From positions 91,328,001-91,392,000 of the forward strand of contig NC_086108.1 of NCBI RefSeq assembly GCF_963921235.1: DNA of 64,000 nt, in the 5' to 3' direction. The stretch is from Mobula hypostoma. Taxonomy: Eukaryota. Under the pieces are notes generated by a model. That model did not search any database and was not told where the DNA came from. It worked only from the letters and a program-made list of their open reading frames with translations. Shown here piece after piece: positions 52,270 through 64,000 of the stretch (positions are counted from its first letter, which is position 1; every line of letters begins with the position of its first letter). The translations under genes were made by a program, and so were the position numbers.

Positions 52270-52902
52270 ATCAGGTGGTTAAGCGGGACATGGTGCTTGG
52301 CTTTCATTACTTAGATGAGTGGGTTCAAGAACCACGAAGTAATGTTGCAGCTCTATGCAACCCTGGTTAGACCATACCTGGAACATTGCGTTCAGTTCTG
52401 GTCACCTTGTTTTAGGAATGATGTGGAAGCTTTAGAGAAGGTGCAGAGGAGATTGATCAGGATGCTGCCTGGATAAGAGAATACAGCTTATGAGGATAGA
52501 TTGAGCGGACTAGGGCTTTTCTTTTTGGAGCAAAGAAGAATGACTTGATTGAGCTGTACAAGATGATAAGAGGCATGTAATGAGTGAATAGTTTTCCAAG
52601 GGCAGAATGACTAATATGAGGGGGCATATTTGTAAGGAAATTGGAGGAAAGCATGCAGGGGTGGAGGAGGTCAGAAGTAGTTTGTTGTTTTCTTTAAACA
52701 CAGAATGGTGGGTATGTGGTATGCCTTGCCAGGGCTGGGGATAAAGGATATCATCTACGTGCCCATCTAAGAAATGTGCCCATTCTTAGATGGGCACATA
52801 GATGATAGAAAAATTAGGGCTACGTAGGAGAGAGATAGATTGATCTTAGAGAAGACTAAAAGATGGGTTGAAGGGCCTGTAATATGCTGTACTGTTCTAA
52901 GT
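52270..52902 (+). mobile_element. CR1 3' fragment
   Basis: LQLYATLVRPYLEHCVQFWSP remnant; tail GAAGGGCCTGTAATATGCTGTACTGTTCTA. Confidence 0.85.
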
Positions 52903-54430
52903 CCTGCAATGCAAAGAGAGCCCAGCAGGGCTAAAATGGGTTTGATTGATTTTGGCAAATATCACAAATACTATGGAAGAAGTGAGCTCTAGCCATTTCC
53001 TCCTACACCTATAAGAATAAGGCACGTGGCACACTGACAACACAGTTTACCTCTGTGCCTACGCCTACCATATAGCATGCCTGCTTTAATTTGCAGGCAC
53101 TGTTTTACTAAATGTCAAGGTCAACACGTCAGATTGGGTTGGTAAACCCATAGATCCAATATTCGTAAAAACATCATTAAATTCCTTTTTGCTTATGAGC
53201 GTGGGCTCAAATGTATTATAAGCATTTCCTACCTTTAAAGTTTTTCCTTTTCACTGAAATATTTAACATCAATATGACTATTTGAGGGGCAAAACTTATT
53301 ATGGTCATTCTTTTCATAAAAAAGAAATCAAAGCCTTAAATCGTGCTGCATTTTGTCCGAGCAGGGAGAATGCTGTGGAATAAAATGAAAGGAGCATTCC
53401 ATATGCCCAGAGCTAAGGTTTTCAAAATGGACAATTTCTCATCCATGTACTCTGGATGTCAAATTAATGTTGCACAATCAGTTTCATAAGTCCTCCTTAA
53501 AGACCATATAATATTGGATCAAATGTGCTTCTAAACAGGTATTTCTACTTCCATCTCCATCAATCTAATCTGATAGTGTCTCCTGCCCAGAAACTCCATT
53601 TCATGGTAATAACCAGGGGATTACAAATTCTCGTCACTGTAGAGAGCCTGCTAGGATTCAATTTTATTTTGTTTCTGGTTGCACCTAGCCTAGCAGCATT
53701 TATAAATCTTTTTTCTAATATTGGATTGCCGGACTGCAGGGTAAGTGGAGTACAATTACATAATTATATAGTGCATACTAGTATTTCACAAGGTTCTCTG
53801 AGCTCCAGCCAACAGCACCAGTAGCAACTACACTTGCAACTTTCCGGCATCTCCTGCCCCCACCAGACTCCTAAATATGAATGATGGCTAAGATAGGAGG
53901 GGAAAGAAATTACCAATGAGCTACAGCAAATGCAATTTAGCTACTCTGTTTAAGCCAATGCAGCATTAATATACTTGGCCAGATTAATTGATCTCCGACT
54001 CTATATTTTGCAACTGAATATCTGGATCTAGAAATCCTTGCTGGTTATTGCTCTGCCAATGACCTATGCTTGAGTGTGCAGGAACAGGGCAAGGTCACTC
54101 CTTCGTCTGTGTTATAGAAAGATCAAAAAAAACCTCATTCCTTTTAACAGTGCTAACCTGTCCTTGAATAACTTCTCGATAGAACGTCTTGCTATTCTGC
54201 ACTGCACCATTTGACGAATACAAGGGAGAGAATGTTGTAATTATTGCTGACTGCCAAGGGGAAGATTGCAGTGTATGTTGCCGAGTGCAGTATGTGCTAA
54301 CAATGCTGGATTCTGACCAACATTAAACTTGGCAAATTATCAGTTTATTATAAGCTTTTCTCATGTGACTTTATTATCATCACACATGAAAGACTTGTCT
54401 TGCATATCATCCATACAATAAAATATTTCA

Positions 54431-54530
54431 GGCAACACACATCAAAGTTGCTGGTGAACGCAGCAGGCCAGGCAGCATCTCTGGAAAGAGGTACAGTCGA
54501 TGTTTCAGGCTGAGACCCTTCGTCAGGACC
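54431..54530 (-). mobile_element. Short Penelope-derived element ending at a hammerhead motif (54495-54530)
   Basis: Minus-strand RNA GGUC-CUGACGA-AGGGUCUCAGCCU-GAAAC-AUC-GACU; nearly identical to 33975-34073. Confidence 0.8.
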
Positions 54531-54588
54531 ACATTGAGGTAGTACTCAACGTAACATAATGCAGAATAAAGTGTTACAATGCAAAGTA

Positions 54589-55006
54589 CGCCTCCAAAAT
54601 GACCACAACCATATCATGGTTTGGAGGCTCGAGTGCCTCAGTGACCAGGAGAGCTATGTTGGCTGGATTCAGGGCCTTGTGCTTTGGCTCTTGGTAGGGT
54701 CACCCATACCAAACAGGTCAAAGGGTAGAGGCCAGACTAAAAGTGGTTCACTAGTCTTCCAGGTTCAGAGGTTCAGCTCAGGGCTAACACCATGACTGGT
54801 AAAACAAAATTGCTACAGAAGCAGCAATGAAACATCCTCCCACATCTGAGCACGGCAGTATTCCTGAGTCTTCACTGGGGACTTGCCTGGCTGACAGTAG
54901 TGAAAACCCAGAGGAAGCTACTGACATCATAAAGGAAGGCCTGAACACTGCCAGAGATGAAGGACCTTCATTGCTGCCCTAAATGCCAGCGGCGTGACGG
55001 GCAGTA
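54589..55006 (+). mobile_element. Non-autonomous RTE (Expander/Rex3-like) element, 5' UTR joined to 3' tail
   Basis: GTGCCTCAGTGACCAGGAGAGCTATGTTGGCTGG..GGTAGGGTCACCCATACCAAACAGGTC..GAGGCCAGAC resembles an Expander-type 5' UTR; the end GCTGCCCTAAATGCCAGCGGCGTGACGGGCAGTA resembles an RTE 3' end; no ORF. Confidence 0.55.
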
Positions 55007-56428
55007 CGTGAGCAATTATACAAAGTGCAGTGCATGTAGCCAGTAAATGCAAGGTCACAGTGAGGTAGGTTGTGAGGTCAAGAATCCATTTGGGGTTATG
55101 TTCATCACTCACCAGTTTTTAAGGATCTGTTCCAAACTCTAAAGAATGTTGGAAGATATTTGTCTCTCTCTTTAGTACCCAGTGAAATAGATTATTGGGC
55201 CCAGAGGATTTTTCAGCATTTAGGACCGGTAATTTCTCTAGCATCTTCATTAATATTAACTATATTCAGTTCTCCACCCTCTCTTGACCCATGACTTCCC
55301 AACATAACTGAGAGATTATGTGTCCTTCTTTGTGAAGACAGAACAAAACTACTTCTATTCAAAGTTCTGCCTTTTCTTTGTTCCTAGTTATAATACTTCC
55401 CAATTCGAACTGCAGGGCATTTGCATTTGTCTTTGCTAACTTTTTTCTCTTCACAGATTCATAGAAGCTTTTATTTCTCATTTCTCTGCAAGCTCAATCT
55501 CAAACTCCATTCTCCTTCTGTGAATTGAAGTTTTGTCCTCCTTTTCTGAAATCTAAACTGTGCCCAATCCTCAGGTCTGGGGCTTTTTCTTGCAACTTTT
55601 TAAGACTTCTCTTTGAATTTAGTGCTGTACTGACCTTCACTTTGTGGGCCACAGCCCCGAGGAGACATCAGATTTTGTAGAAGGAAAGAGAGTTTAAAAG
55701 AAGTGAAAGGGGTACTCGGCACATTTTGCATGTCTCAGTTCCCAAGGAGACACTGGAATGCGTAGAGGGAGAGAGAGTTTAAAGAAGCAAGAGGGGGCAG
55801 TTGGCACATAATTAGGCACTTGGCAAGGACAACAAAAAGAAGTTAGATTTAAGCAGACCGGCCATTGTGGGAGCAACTGTTATGTGAGTGGGCCAGTGTT
55901 GGAGTGGGGAGTTGAGGCTTTGGTTCATTAAGGCTTTGGCAAGGAGAGGTGTAGGTTGTAAGTAGATTTTTTTTTCATAATTTATTTTTTTTTTTGCACA
56001 TTTAGAAAAGTGGGGACGCTGGACAGGATACTGGAATGCTCCTCTTACGGGATGTGGGAAAGCAGGAAGGCCTACTGTGTCCCTGGTGACGAGAGCAGCC
56101 AGAAGTGCAGCTTCTAACAGACAGCGTTATGGAGCTGGAGCCGGAACTGCATTAATTCCAGCTTACTCAGGAGGCTGAGGGGCTGATAGACAAGACAGGG
56201 AGGTAGTTGCACCAAAAGCGTAGAACGCAGGTAACTGGGTGACCTTCAGGAGGGTGAAAAGAGGGGATAGGTAGCCAGGTATGCCTGTGGCCATTTCCCT
56301 CAGCAACGAGTATACTGCATTGGATACTGTTGGGATGGAATGACCTAGCAGTGGACAGGCACAGTGGATAGGTCTCTGGCACTGAGTCTGGCTCTGTGGC
56401 TCAGAAGGAAAGGGGGAGAAAAGGTGAT

Positions 56429-57912
56429 CTGTAATTCAAAGGTTTGAAGGTCTAATTTAATGTCAGAGAAATGTATACAATATACATCCTGAAATGCTTT
56501 TTCTTCACAACCATCCACGAAAACAGAGAAGTGCCCCAAAGAATGAACGGCAGTTAAATGTGAGAACCCCAAAATACTCTCCAGCTCCCCCCTCCCGTGA
56601 GTAAGTGGCAGCGAGCAACAATCCCCCCTCCTCCCACCAGCAAAAAAAAGTGCATCGGTACCATTACCAAGCCCAAGTGTGTGCTAAGCAAAAGCAAAGA
56701 CACAATCCAAGTTTACCCCAGAGGTCTCATATTTCATCTGCCATTCGACAACCCACAGGTTCTCTCTCTCCCTGGCAAAGGAGAAGGAGGTGTCCCCCTA
56801 TTTTCACAGCGAGTGGGAGACATAACAACAACCCACTGGTTTACTTACTTTACTTTATACTTTATTGTCGCCACACAACTAATACTAGAACATACAATCG
56901 TCACAACGATATTTGATTCTGCGCTTCCTGCTGCCTGGATTACAAATCAATAGTAATTATTAAAAATTTAAATTATAAATCATAAATAGAAAATAGAAAA
57001 ATGGTAAGTAAGGTAGTGCAAAAAAACTGAGATGCAGTTCCGGATATTTGGAGGGTACGGTCCTGATCGGGGTCAGGATCCGTTCAGCAGTCTTATCACA
57101 ATTGGAAAGAAGCTGTTCCCAAATCTGGCCGTACGAGTCTTCAAGCTCCTGAGCCTTCTCCCGGAGGGAAGAGGGACAAAAAGTGTGTTGGCTGGGTGAG
57201 TCGTGTCCTTGATTATCCTGGCAGCACCGCTCCGACAGTGTGCGGTGTAAAGTGAGTCCAAGGACGGAAGGTTGGTTTGTGTGATGTGCTGCGCTGTGTT
57301 CACGATCTTCTGCAGTTTCTTCCGGTCTTGGACAGGACAACTTCCATACCAAATTGTGATGCACCCTAGAAGAATGCTTTCTACTGTGCATCTATAAAAA
57401 TTAATGAGTGTTTTAGGGGACAGGCCAAATTTCTTTAGTTTTCTCAGGAAGTAAAGGCGCTGGTGGGCCTTCTTGGCAGTGGACTCTGCTTGGTTCTGCT
57501 TGGTTGCTTTTACAATGGTAAAAGTCCATTTCATCGCTTTTTTTCGAGCTCTGTGTCCAAAGATCTACAATGAAAGATTTTCCTGCCTCCCTGATGACAG
57601 ACGATTCTCCTGCCATGACACCGACCCTCGATCCACCCGTCTCCAGAGCCCCGAGATCTTAGGCTTCCAAACACGAGTGAGACTCTCAGGCCAAACCCTT
57701 CACATGTCGAATAACGGCCAGTCGTGAACCCCCAAGAACGGATCCCATTCCCGCAAAGAACCGAAGCCTGCGTGGAACTCCAGGTCAGGGTCTTCAAAAG
57801 AACCCTGAAAAGGAAAAATAATCATATTGAAGGTGGAAATAGAGCTTTTTCCAAAGATGCAAGCAAAGGAATCACCATTAGGCTCCATTAACCCTCCTAA
57901 GCTCCGCCTTCA
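56429..57912 (-). mobile_element. Unclassified non-coding retroposon inserted in CR1 ORF1
   Basis: Flanked by GTGAT on both sides; the minus-strand 3' end has ATTAAA and a degenerate TTGAA/CTTCAAAC tail; a related 3' end lies at ~22060-22260(+). Confidence 0.55.
56841..57495 (-). mobile_element. Young Rex1/Babar 3' fragment, nested in the preceding element
   Basis: ORF 57073-57534 reads AKKAHQRLYFLRKLKKF..LPSGRRLRSLKTRTARFGNSFFP; (AAGTA)n tail; its 3' UTR is nearly identical to 59450-59662. Confidence 0.9.
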
Positions 57913-59261
57913 AGTGATAGGGGATTCGTTAGTTAGAGGAACAGAAAGGAGGTTTTATAGACTATAATGAAATTCCCAGATGGTTTATTACCTTCCCTGT
58001 AGCAGGGTCAGAGATATCTCGCATAAAGTCCATGTCATTCTGAAGGGGGGTGGGGAAAGCGTGAGTAGACAGAGATTGTGGTGCATGTTGTTACCAATGG
58101 CATGGATAGGAGGGATGATGAGGTCCTGCAAAGTGAGTTCAGTGAGTTAGGTGACAAGCGAAAGGGCAAGACCTCCAGGGTTGTCATCTCAGGATTGCTA
58201 CCCATGCCACATGCTAGTGAGGCTGGAAATAGAAATATTTCAACAATGCCTAAGGAGATGGTGCAGTAGGGAGGGCTTCAGATTTTTGGATCATTGGGCT
58301 CTCTTGCAGGGAAGGTGAGACCTGTACAGGAGGGACAATTCAATTTACACCTGAACTGGAAAGGAACTAATGTCCTAGGGGGAAGGTTTGTGAATGCTGC
58401 ACGGTGAGGGGGCTTAAACTAGAATTGCAGGGGAATGGAAACCAGAGCACCAGAACAGATAGTGGAATGGTTGTGGAGAAAGATGTGTTAAGCCTACATA
58501 TAAAGTCAGGAACCAAAATGTTGAGCATGGTAGGACTAATGTTCTGTGCTGCATATAATCCAATGTAAGGAGTATCGTAGGACAGGCAGATAAGCTTAGG
58601 GCATGGATCAACATGTGAAATTATGACATTGTAACCATTAGTGAGACTTGGTTGCAGGAGGGGCAGGACTGGCAGTTCACAGTTCCGGGGTTCCTTTGTT
58701 TTAGAAGTGATAGAGTGGGAGGGATAGTGTTACTAGTCAGGGCAGTTTTCAGTTAGGACAGACTGGAGAGCTCCTCCAGGGAGGCTTTATGGGTAGAATG
58801 GAGGAAGAAGAAAGATATGACCACGTTAATGGGATAATATTATGGACCACCCAACAGTCCACGGGATTTAGAGGAGCAAATTTTTTGAGAGATCACAGAC
58901 TGTTGGAAGAAACAGAAGGGTGTGAAAGTAGGTGATTTTAACATTTCCACATATTGAGTGGGTCTCCCATACTCTAAAAGGACTGGACGGGAAAGAGGTT
59001 TCAAATATATTCAGTGATGTTTCCTTGATCAACACATCAACCCAAATAAAGAGAGTGTGATACTACTAGATCTCCTATTAGGGAATGAGACAAGGTAGGT
59101 GACAGAAGTTTGTGTAGGATAACACTTTTCTTCTAATGATCATAATGCCATTAATTTAAAGGTAATTGTGGAAAAGGATAGATTTAGTACTCGGGGTGAG
59201 ATTCTGAATTAGGAAGAGGCCAGTTTTGATGGTATCATAAAGGATCTGACAAGGGTGGATT

Positions 59262-60330
59262 GTGGAATCCCTCACCCCACTTTCTGCTTTCCGCAGGGAT
59301 TGCTCTCTTGTCCATTTCTCCCTCCCCACTGATCTTCCTCCTGGTACTTATGCTTGCAAGCGGAACAAGTGTCGCACTTGCCCTACACCTCCTCCCTCAC
59401 TACCATTCAGGGCCCCAAATGGTCCTTCCAGGTGAGGCAACACTTCACCTTTACTTTATTGTCGCCAAACAATTGATACTAGAGCATACAATCATCACAG
59501 CGATATTTGATTCTGCGCTTCGCGCTCCCTGGATTACAAATTGATAGTAAATATTAAAAATTTAAATTTGAAATCATAAATAGAAAATAGAAAAGGGAAA
59601 GTAAGGTAGTGCAAAAAAAATATGAGGCAGGTCTGGATATTTGGAGGGTACGGCCCAGATCCCTATGAGTCTGTTGGGGTCATATTCTGTGTCTGATGTT
59701 CTTGGGGTGGCCTCCTGTATATCGGTGAGACCCAACGTAAATTGGGAGACCGCTTCGCCCAGCACCTACGTTCCATCTGCCAGAAAAAGCAGGATCTCCC
59801 AGTGGCCACCCATTTTAATTCCACTTCCCATTCCTATTCCAATATGTCTATCCATGGTCTCCTCCACTGTTGTAATGAGGCCACACTTAGGATGGAGAAA
59901 CAGCACCTCACATTCCATCTGGGTAGCCTCCAACATGATGGCATGAACATCGATTTCTCGAACATCTGGTAATTCCCTCCCCCTTCATCATTCACCATCC
60001 CCTTTTCCCTCTGTCACCTTATTTTCTTGCCTGCCCATCGCCTCTCTCTGGTGCTTCTCCCCCCTTTTCTTTTTTCCTCTTCTATCAGACTCCCCTTCTC
60101 TAGCCCTGTATCTCTTTCATCAATCAACTTCCCAGCTCTTTCCTTCATCCATCCCCCTTTAGAATTCACCTATCACCTTGTGTTTCTCTCTCCCCTCCCC
60201 CATCTTTTTAATCTACTCCTCAGCATTTTTTCTCCAGTTCTGCCAAAGGGCCTTGGACCGAAATGTCAACTGTACTCTTTTCCAGAGATGTTGTCTGACC
60301 TGCTGAGCTCCTCCAACATTTTGAGTGTGG
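59262..60330 (+). mobile_element. Penelope-like element 3' fragment (GIY-YIG endonuclease plus pLTR), interrupted by a Rex 3' UTR at 59450-59662
   Basis: LLYIGETQRKLGDRFAQHLRSICQKKQDLPVATHFN..EKQHLTFHLGSLQHDGMN; C/T-rich spacer; ends in the pLTR-type repeat with decayed CTGCCAAAGGGCCTTGGACCGAAATGTCAACTG. Confidence 0.9.
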
Positions 60331-62215
60331 GGCTAAAAGAAGACACGAGATTGCTCTAGCAGACAAGGTGAAGGAGAATCCTATAAGGGCTTCTACAGAT
60401 ATATTAACAACAAATGGATAGCAAGAGACAAAATTGGTCTTCTCAAAAATCAGAGTCGTAATCTATGTGTGGATCCAAATGAGTTGGGATCGATTTTAAA
60501 TGGACATTTTGTATCGGTATTTACTCAGAGTCTATAGATGTGAGGCAATGCAGCAGCGGGGTCACTGACCCCATACAGATTACAGAGGAGGAGGCATTTG
60601 CTGTCTTGATGCACATTCAGGTGGCCTGACAAGATGTTTCCTCAGATCCTGTAGGAGACTAGTGCAGAAATTGCAGGGGTCTTATTTAAAACAACCTTAG
60701 CTACGACTGAAATGCCAGAGGATTGGAGGATAGCTAATGTTGTTTAAGAAAGACTCTAAGAATAAGCCAGGAAATTTTAGGCCAGTAAGTCTGACATCAG
60801 TAGTGGGAAAGTTATTGAAAAGTATTCTAAGGGACTGGATATATTAGTATCTGGATAGACAGGGATCGATTTGGGATAGTCAAAATGGCTTTGTGCATGG
60901 TAAATCATATATAACCAATCATAGATTTTTTTTGAGGAGGTTAACTGGAAAGTGGATGAAGGCAAGTCAATAGATGTTCACCAGATGGACTTTAACAAGG
61001 CATTTGACAAGGTCCCTCATGAGAGGTTGGCCAAGAAGGTTCAATTGATTGGCATTCAAGATAAGATAGTAAGCAGGATTAGACATTGGTTTTGTAGAAG
61101 AAGCCAGAGAGCTGTTGGAGATAATTGCCTCTCTGACTGGAGGCCTAGTGACTTGTGGTGTGACGTAGGGACTGGTGCTGGGTCCATTACTGTTTGTCAT
61201 CTATATCAACAATCTGGATGATAATGTGGTAAGCTGGATTTGCAAATTTGAAGAAGCACTAAAATTGGGGATATAGCAGATAGCAAGGAAGACTACCAAA
61301 GCTTGCAGTGGGATCTGGAACAGCTGGGAAAATGGGCAGATAGGGTTTAACGCAGATAAGTGTGAAGTGTTGCACTTTGTGACGACCAGCCAGGGTAGGT
61401 CTTACACTGTGAGCACTCGGGTGCTGAGGAGTGTGATAGAACAGAGGGATCCGGGAATACAGATTCATGATTCCTCAAAAGTGGTGTCAAAGGTAGGTAA
61501 GGCTGTAAAGAAAACTCTTTGGACATTGGCCTTCATAAATCAAAGTACTGATGAGATGTTGTGTTGAAGTTGTACAAGACATTGCTGAGGCCTAAATTGG
61601 TCCGTTGAAGTTTTACAAGACATTGCTGAGGCCTAAATTGGTCCATTCCAGATTTGGTCACGTACCTACAGAAAAGTTGCAAATATGATTGATAGAGTGA
61701 AGAGAAAATTTACAAGGATGTTGCCAGATTTTAAGAATCTGAGTTATAGGGTAAGGTTGAATAGGTTAGGCCTTAATTCCCTAGAATGTAAGACTAAGGG
61801 GAGTCTGACTGAGGTACACAAAATTATATGGGTTATAGATAGGATAAACGCAAGCAGACTTTTTCCACTGAGGTTGGGTGAGACTGCAATTAGAAGTCAT
61901 GGGTCAAGGGGAACATGAGGGGGAATTTCTTCACTGAGACGGTGGCGAGAATGTGGAACGAGTTGCTTGCGGAGGTGGTGCATAGGGGTCAATTTCAACA
62001 TTTAAGAGAAATTTGGTAGGTTCATGGATAAGAGGGGTACAGAGGGCTATGCTCCAGGTGCAGCTCAATGGAACTAGGCAGATTAGATGGGCCAAAGGGC
62101 TTGTTTCTGTGCTGTAGTGTACTATGAATCTACAGCATTGTAATCTAAGTTTGAGCCCTCTTTCCTTATTTTTGTAACAAACAGGAATGATTAACTATTG
62201 TAATCCAGCTGTATA

Positions 62216-62895
62216 CAGTACTGTGCAACAGACTTAGATACATGTAAAGAAAATTCTGTAAAGCAAAAATACTTTCAAAAATAATGAAATGATAAATTTC
62301 TGAGTAAAAGTTTCAAAAAATTCACTAAAATGAGCAGTAAGCAGTCAAAAACTAAATCAAATCAATATTTGGTCTGAACACCCTTTGCTTTTAAAACTGA
62401 ATCAATTCCCCTAGCTGCATGGTTATGCAGTCTTATAAGAAAATTGACTAGTAGGTTGTTCCAAACATCTTAGAGACCTTGTCACAGTCCTTCTGAAGAC
62501 TTTGGCTGTCTGACCTCCTCTGTCTCTCCAGGTAATCTGAGACAGCTGCTAGGATTTTTTTATTTTATTTGCTTATTTATTGAGATACAGCGTGGAATAG
62601 GCCCTTCGAGTCACGCTACTCAGCAACCCCTGATTTAACCCTGGCCTAATCACAGGACAATTTATAATGACCAATTAACCTACCAACCAGTATGTCTTTA
62701 AACTGTGGGAGGAAACCAGAGCACCTGGAGAAAACCCACAGGATCACAGAGAGAACATACAAACTCCGTACGATGGCAGTGGTACTGTAACTTGTTGTGC
62801 TAACCTTGTCACTCATGATCAGGGCTTTGTGGAGGTCCTACCATCCAAAACCATATAAAAAAATCTAGCAGGACTAAAACTTTTGCACAGTCCTG
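62216..62895. mobile_element. Non-autonomous Tc1-like transposon with a nested V-SINE
   Basis: Left end TA|CAGTACTGTGCAACAGACTTAG and right end CTAAAACTTTTGCACAGTCCTG are imperfect inverted repeats. Confidence 0.7.
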
Positions 62896-63094
62896 GTTAT
62901 ATTCTTTAAATAAATATTAGTCTTTGTCCATTCTCCGTTAATCCATTTGGTAAGCTCCCTCTTTATACTCACAATAACTTCTCTATATTTATGTTCAGAT
63001 GAAGAGCCTCAACCCTAAAAGTCATTTGTTATTTTTCTCTCCACAGAGGCTGCCTGACCTGCTGAGTTCCTCCAGCAGTTCAGTTTTGCACACC

Positions 63095-63755
63095 AAAATG
63101 TGTAGTCAGGTACAAAAATAATTCTGAATAATAATGGAATGTTACCCTTCATGATTTGGGGGCTAAATTATAAATGGAGAAGGGCATATTACAAAAACAA
63201 ATTGCTAATGAGAAGATAACTCCAGCACTGTGATGCATCTGGGCCCTGTTCTTTAGTTAGGATAGATTGATTCTAGAAGTTCAGAACACAATTCATCTGA
63301 ACATTATCAAGGACCCAGTGATTGTATTCTGAAGTGTGTTAACAGAAAACAGATGCTCTTCCATGAAATACGGTATAAAAGGCAACGACATGATTTAATT
63401 GAAGCTTACAGGAATAATCAATAGGGTAGATGTTGAGAAGGATATTCCACTGAGGAAGGATACAAGACAAAAGGACAAACTTAACAATCAAAGCCGAGTA
63501 TTTCGAAAAGGAACTTGCGAAACCTTTCTTCCTACTCAGGATTATGATGGAACACACTTCACTAGCCTGAATGAGTGCTGCACCATAATACTGTAGGAGC
63601 TTAAAATCATCCAGGAACAAGGTAGTTCACTTGAACCCTCTTCTACAAAAGGCAGTAAATGTTGGTACAATTAATAATTTTATAATTAAGATTGACATAT
63701 ATGTAGTGGAGCAGATTATGGATAGTACATTGAGCCAAGGAAAGCAAGTGGCACT
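63095..63755 (+). mobile_element. Very old CR1 3' fragment
   Basis: GIINRVDVEKDIPL remnant (63399-63596) and other degraded CR1 C-terminal motifs. Confidence 0.55.
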
Positions 63756-64000
63756 TTTTTTGATTCATCTATGCCCATGGGTGTAGCTGGCAAGGCCAGT
63801 CCTTTTGGATTGTGGGTGTCATAGTGGCTTCATAGTTCCAGAAATCTGGGTTCAATCCTAACCTCTGGTGCTGTCTGTGTGAAGTTCGTATGTCTCATGA
63901 TTACATGGATTTCTTATAATTGACAACCCAAGATATGTCTTTTTTGACACTGTAAACTGCCTCCAGAGTAGGTGGGTGGTAGATTTGTTGGGAATGTCAG

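Larger units (their letters stand above)
55690..62110 (+). mobile_element. Full-length decayed CR1 LINE hosting nested insertions
   Basis: 5' UTR; ORF1 (ECSSYGMW at ~56035, VIGDSLVRG at 57914, ORF 58078-58269); APE (ISETWL at ~58640, GDF); RT ([12 protein letters not shown], 60952-61221); C-terminus 61685-61918; tail at ~62085-62125. Confidence 0.9.

Noticed and set aside
53212..53232. Possible 21-nt minus-strand microexon (TTTCAG|TGAAAAGGAAAAACTTTAAAG|GTAGGA)
   Set aside because: Weak polypyrimidine tract; cannot be supported without RNA data.

Overview
This is eukaryotic, repeat-dense genomic DNA. The repeat repertoire suggests a cartilaginous fish, probably a batoid ray (inference). It reads as intronic or intergenic. 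Most long ORFs are decayed CR1 LINE fragments (ORF1 SGNH esterase, APE endonuclease, RT). The rest include Rex1/Babar and RTE LINE pieces, Penelope (GIY-YIG) fragments, V-domain SINEs, a Deu-domain SINE, Tc1 remnants, hAT MITEs and a solo LTR. I could not identify a host gene; there is one convincing 102-nt candidate exon (5613-5714, minus strand). Two signals stand out. (1) A dispersed family of short Penelope-derived repeats carries a minimal hammerhead-ribozyme motif (best copy 34038-34073, minus strand), and several copies are fold-back elements with the motif at the apex. (2) A complete 2.7-kb hAT transposon (TIRs plus a perfect 8-bp TSD) has a KIAA1586-like transposase fused in frame to a Tigger/pogo-type N-terminal HTH, and carries a ~100-nt subterminal hairpin. 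All family assignments come from reading motifs by eye, not from database searches. TE boundaries are approximate unless TIR or TSD positions are given.
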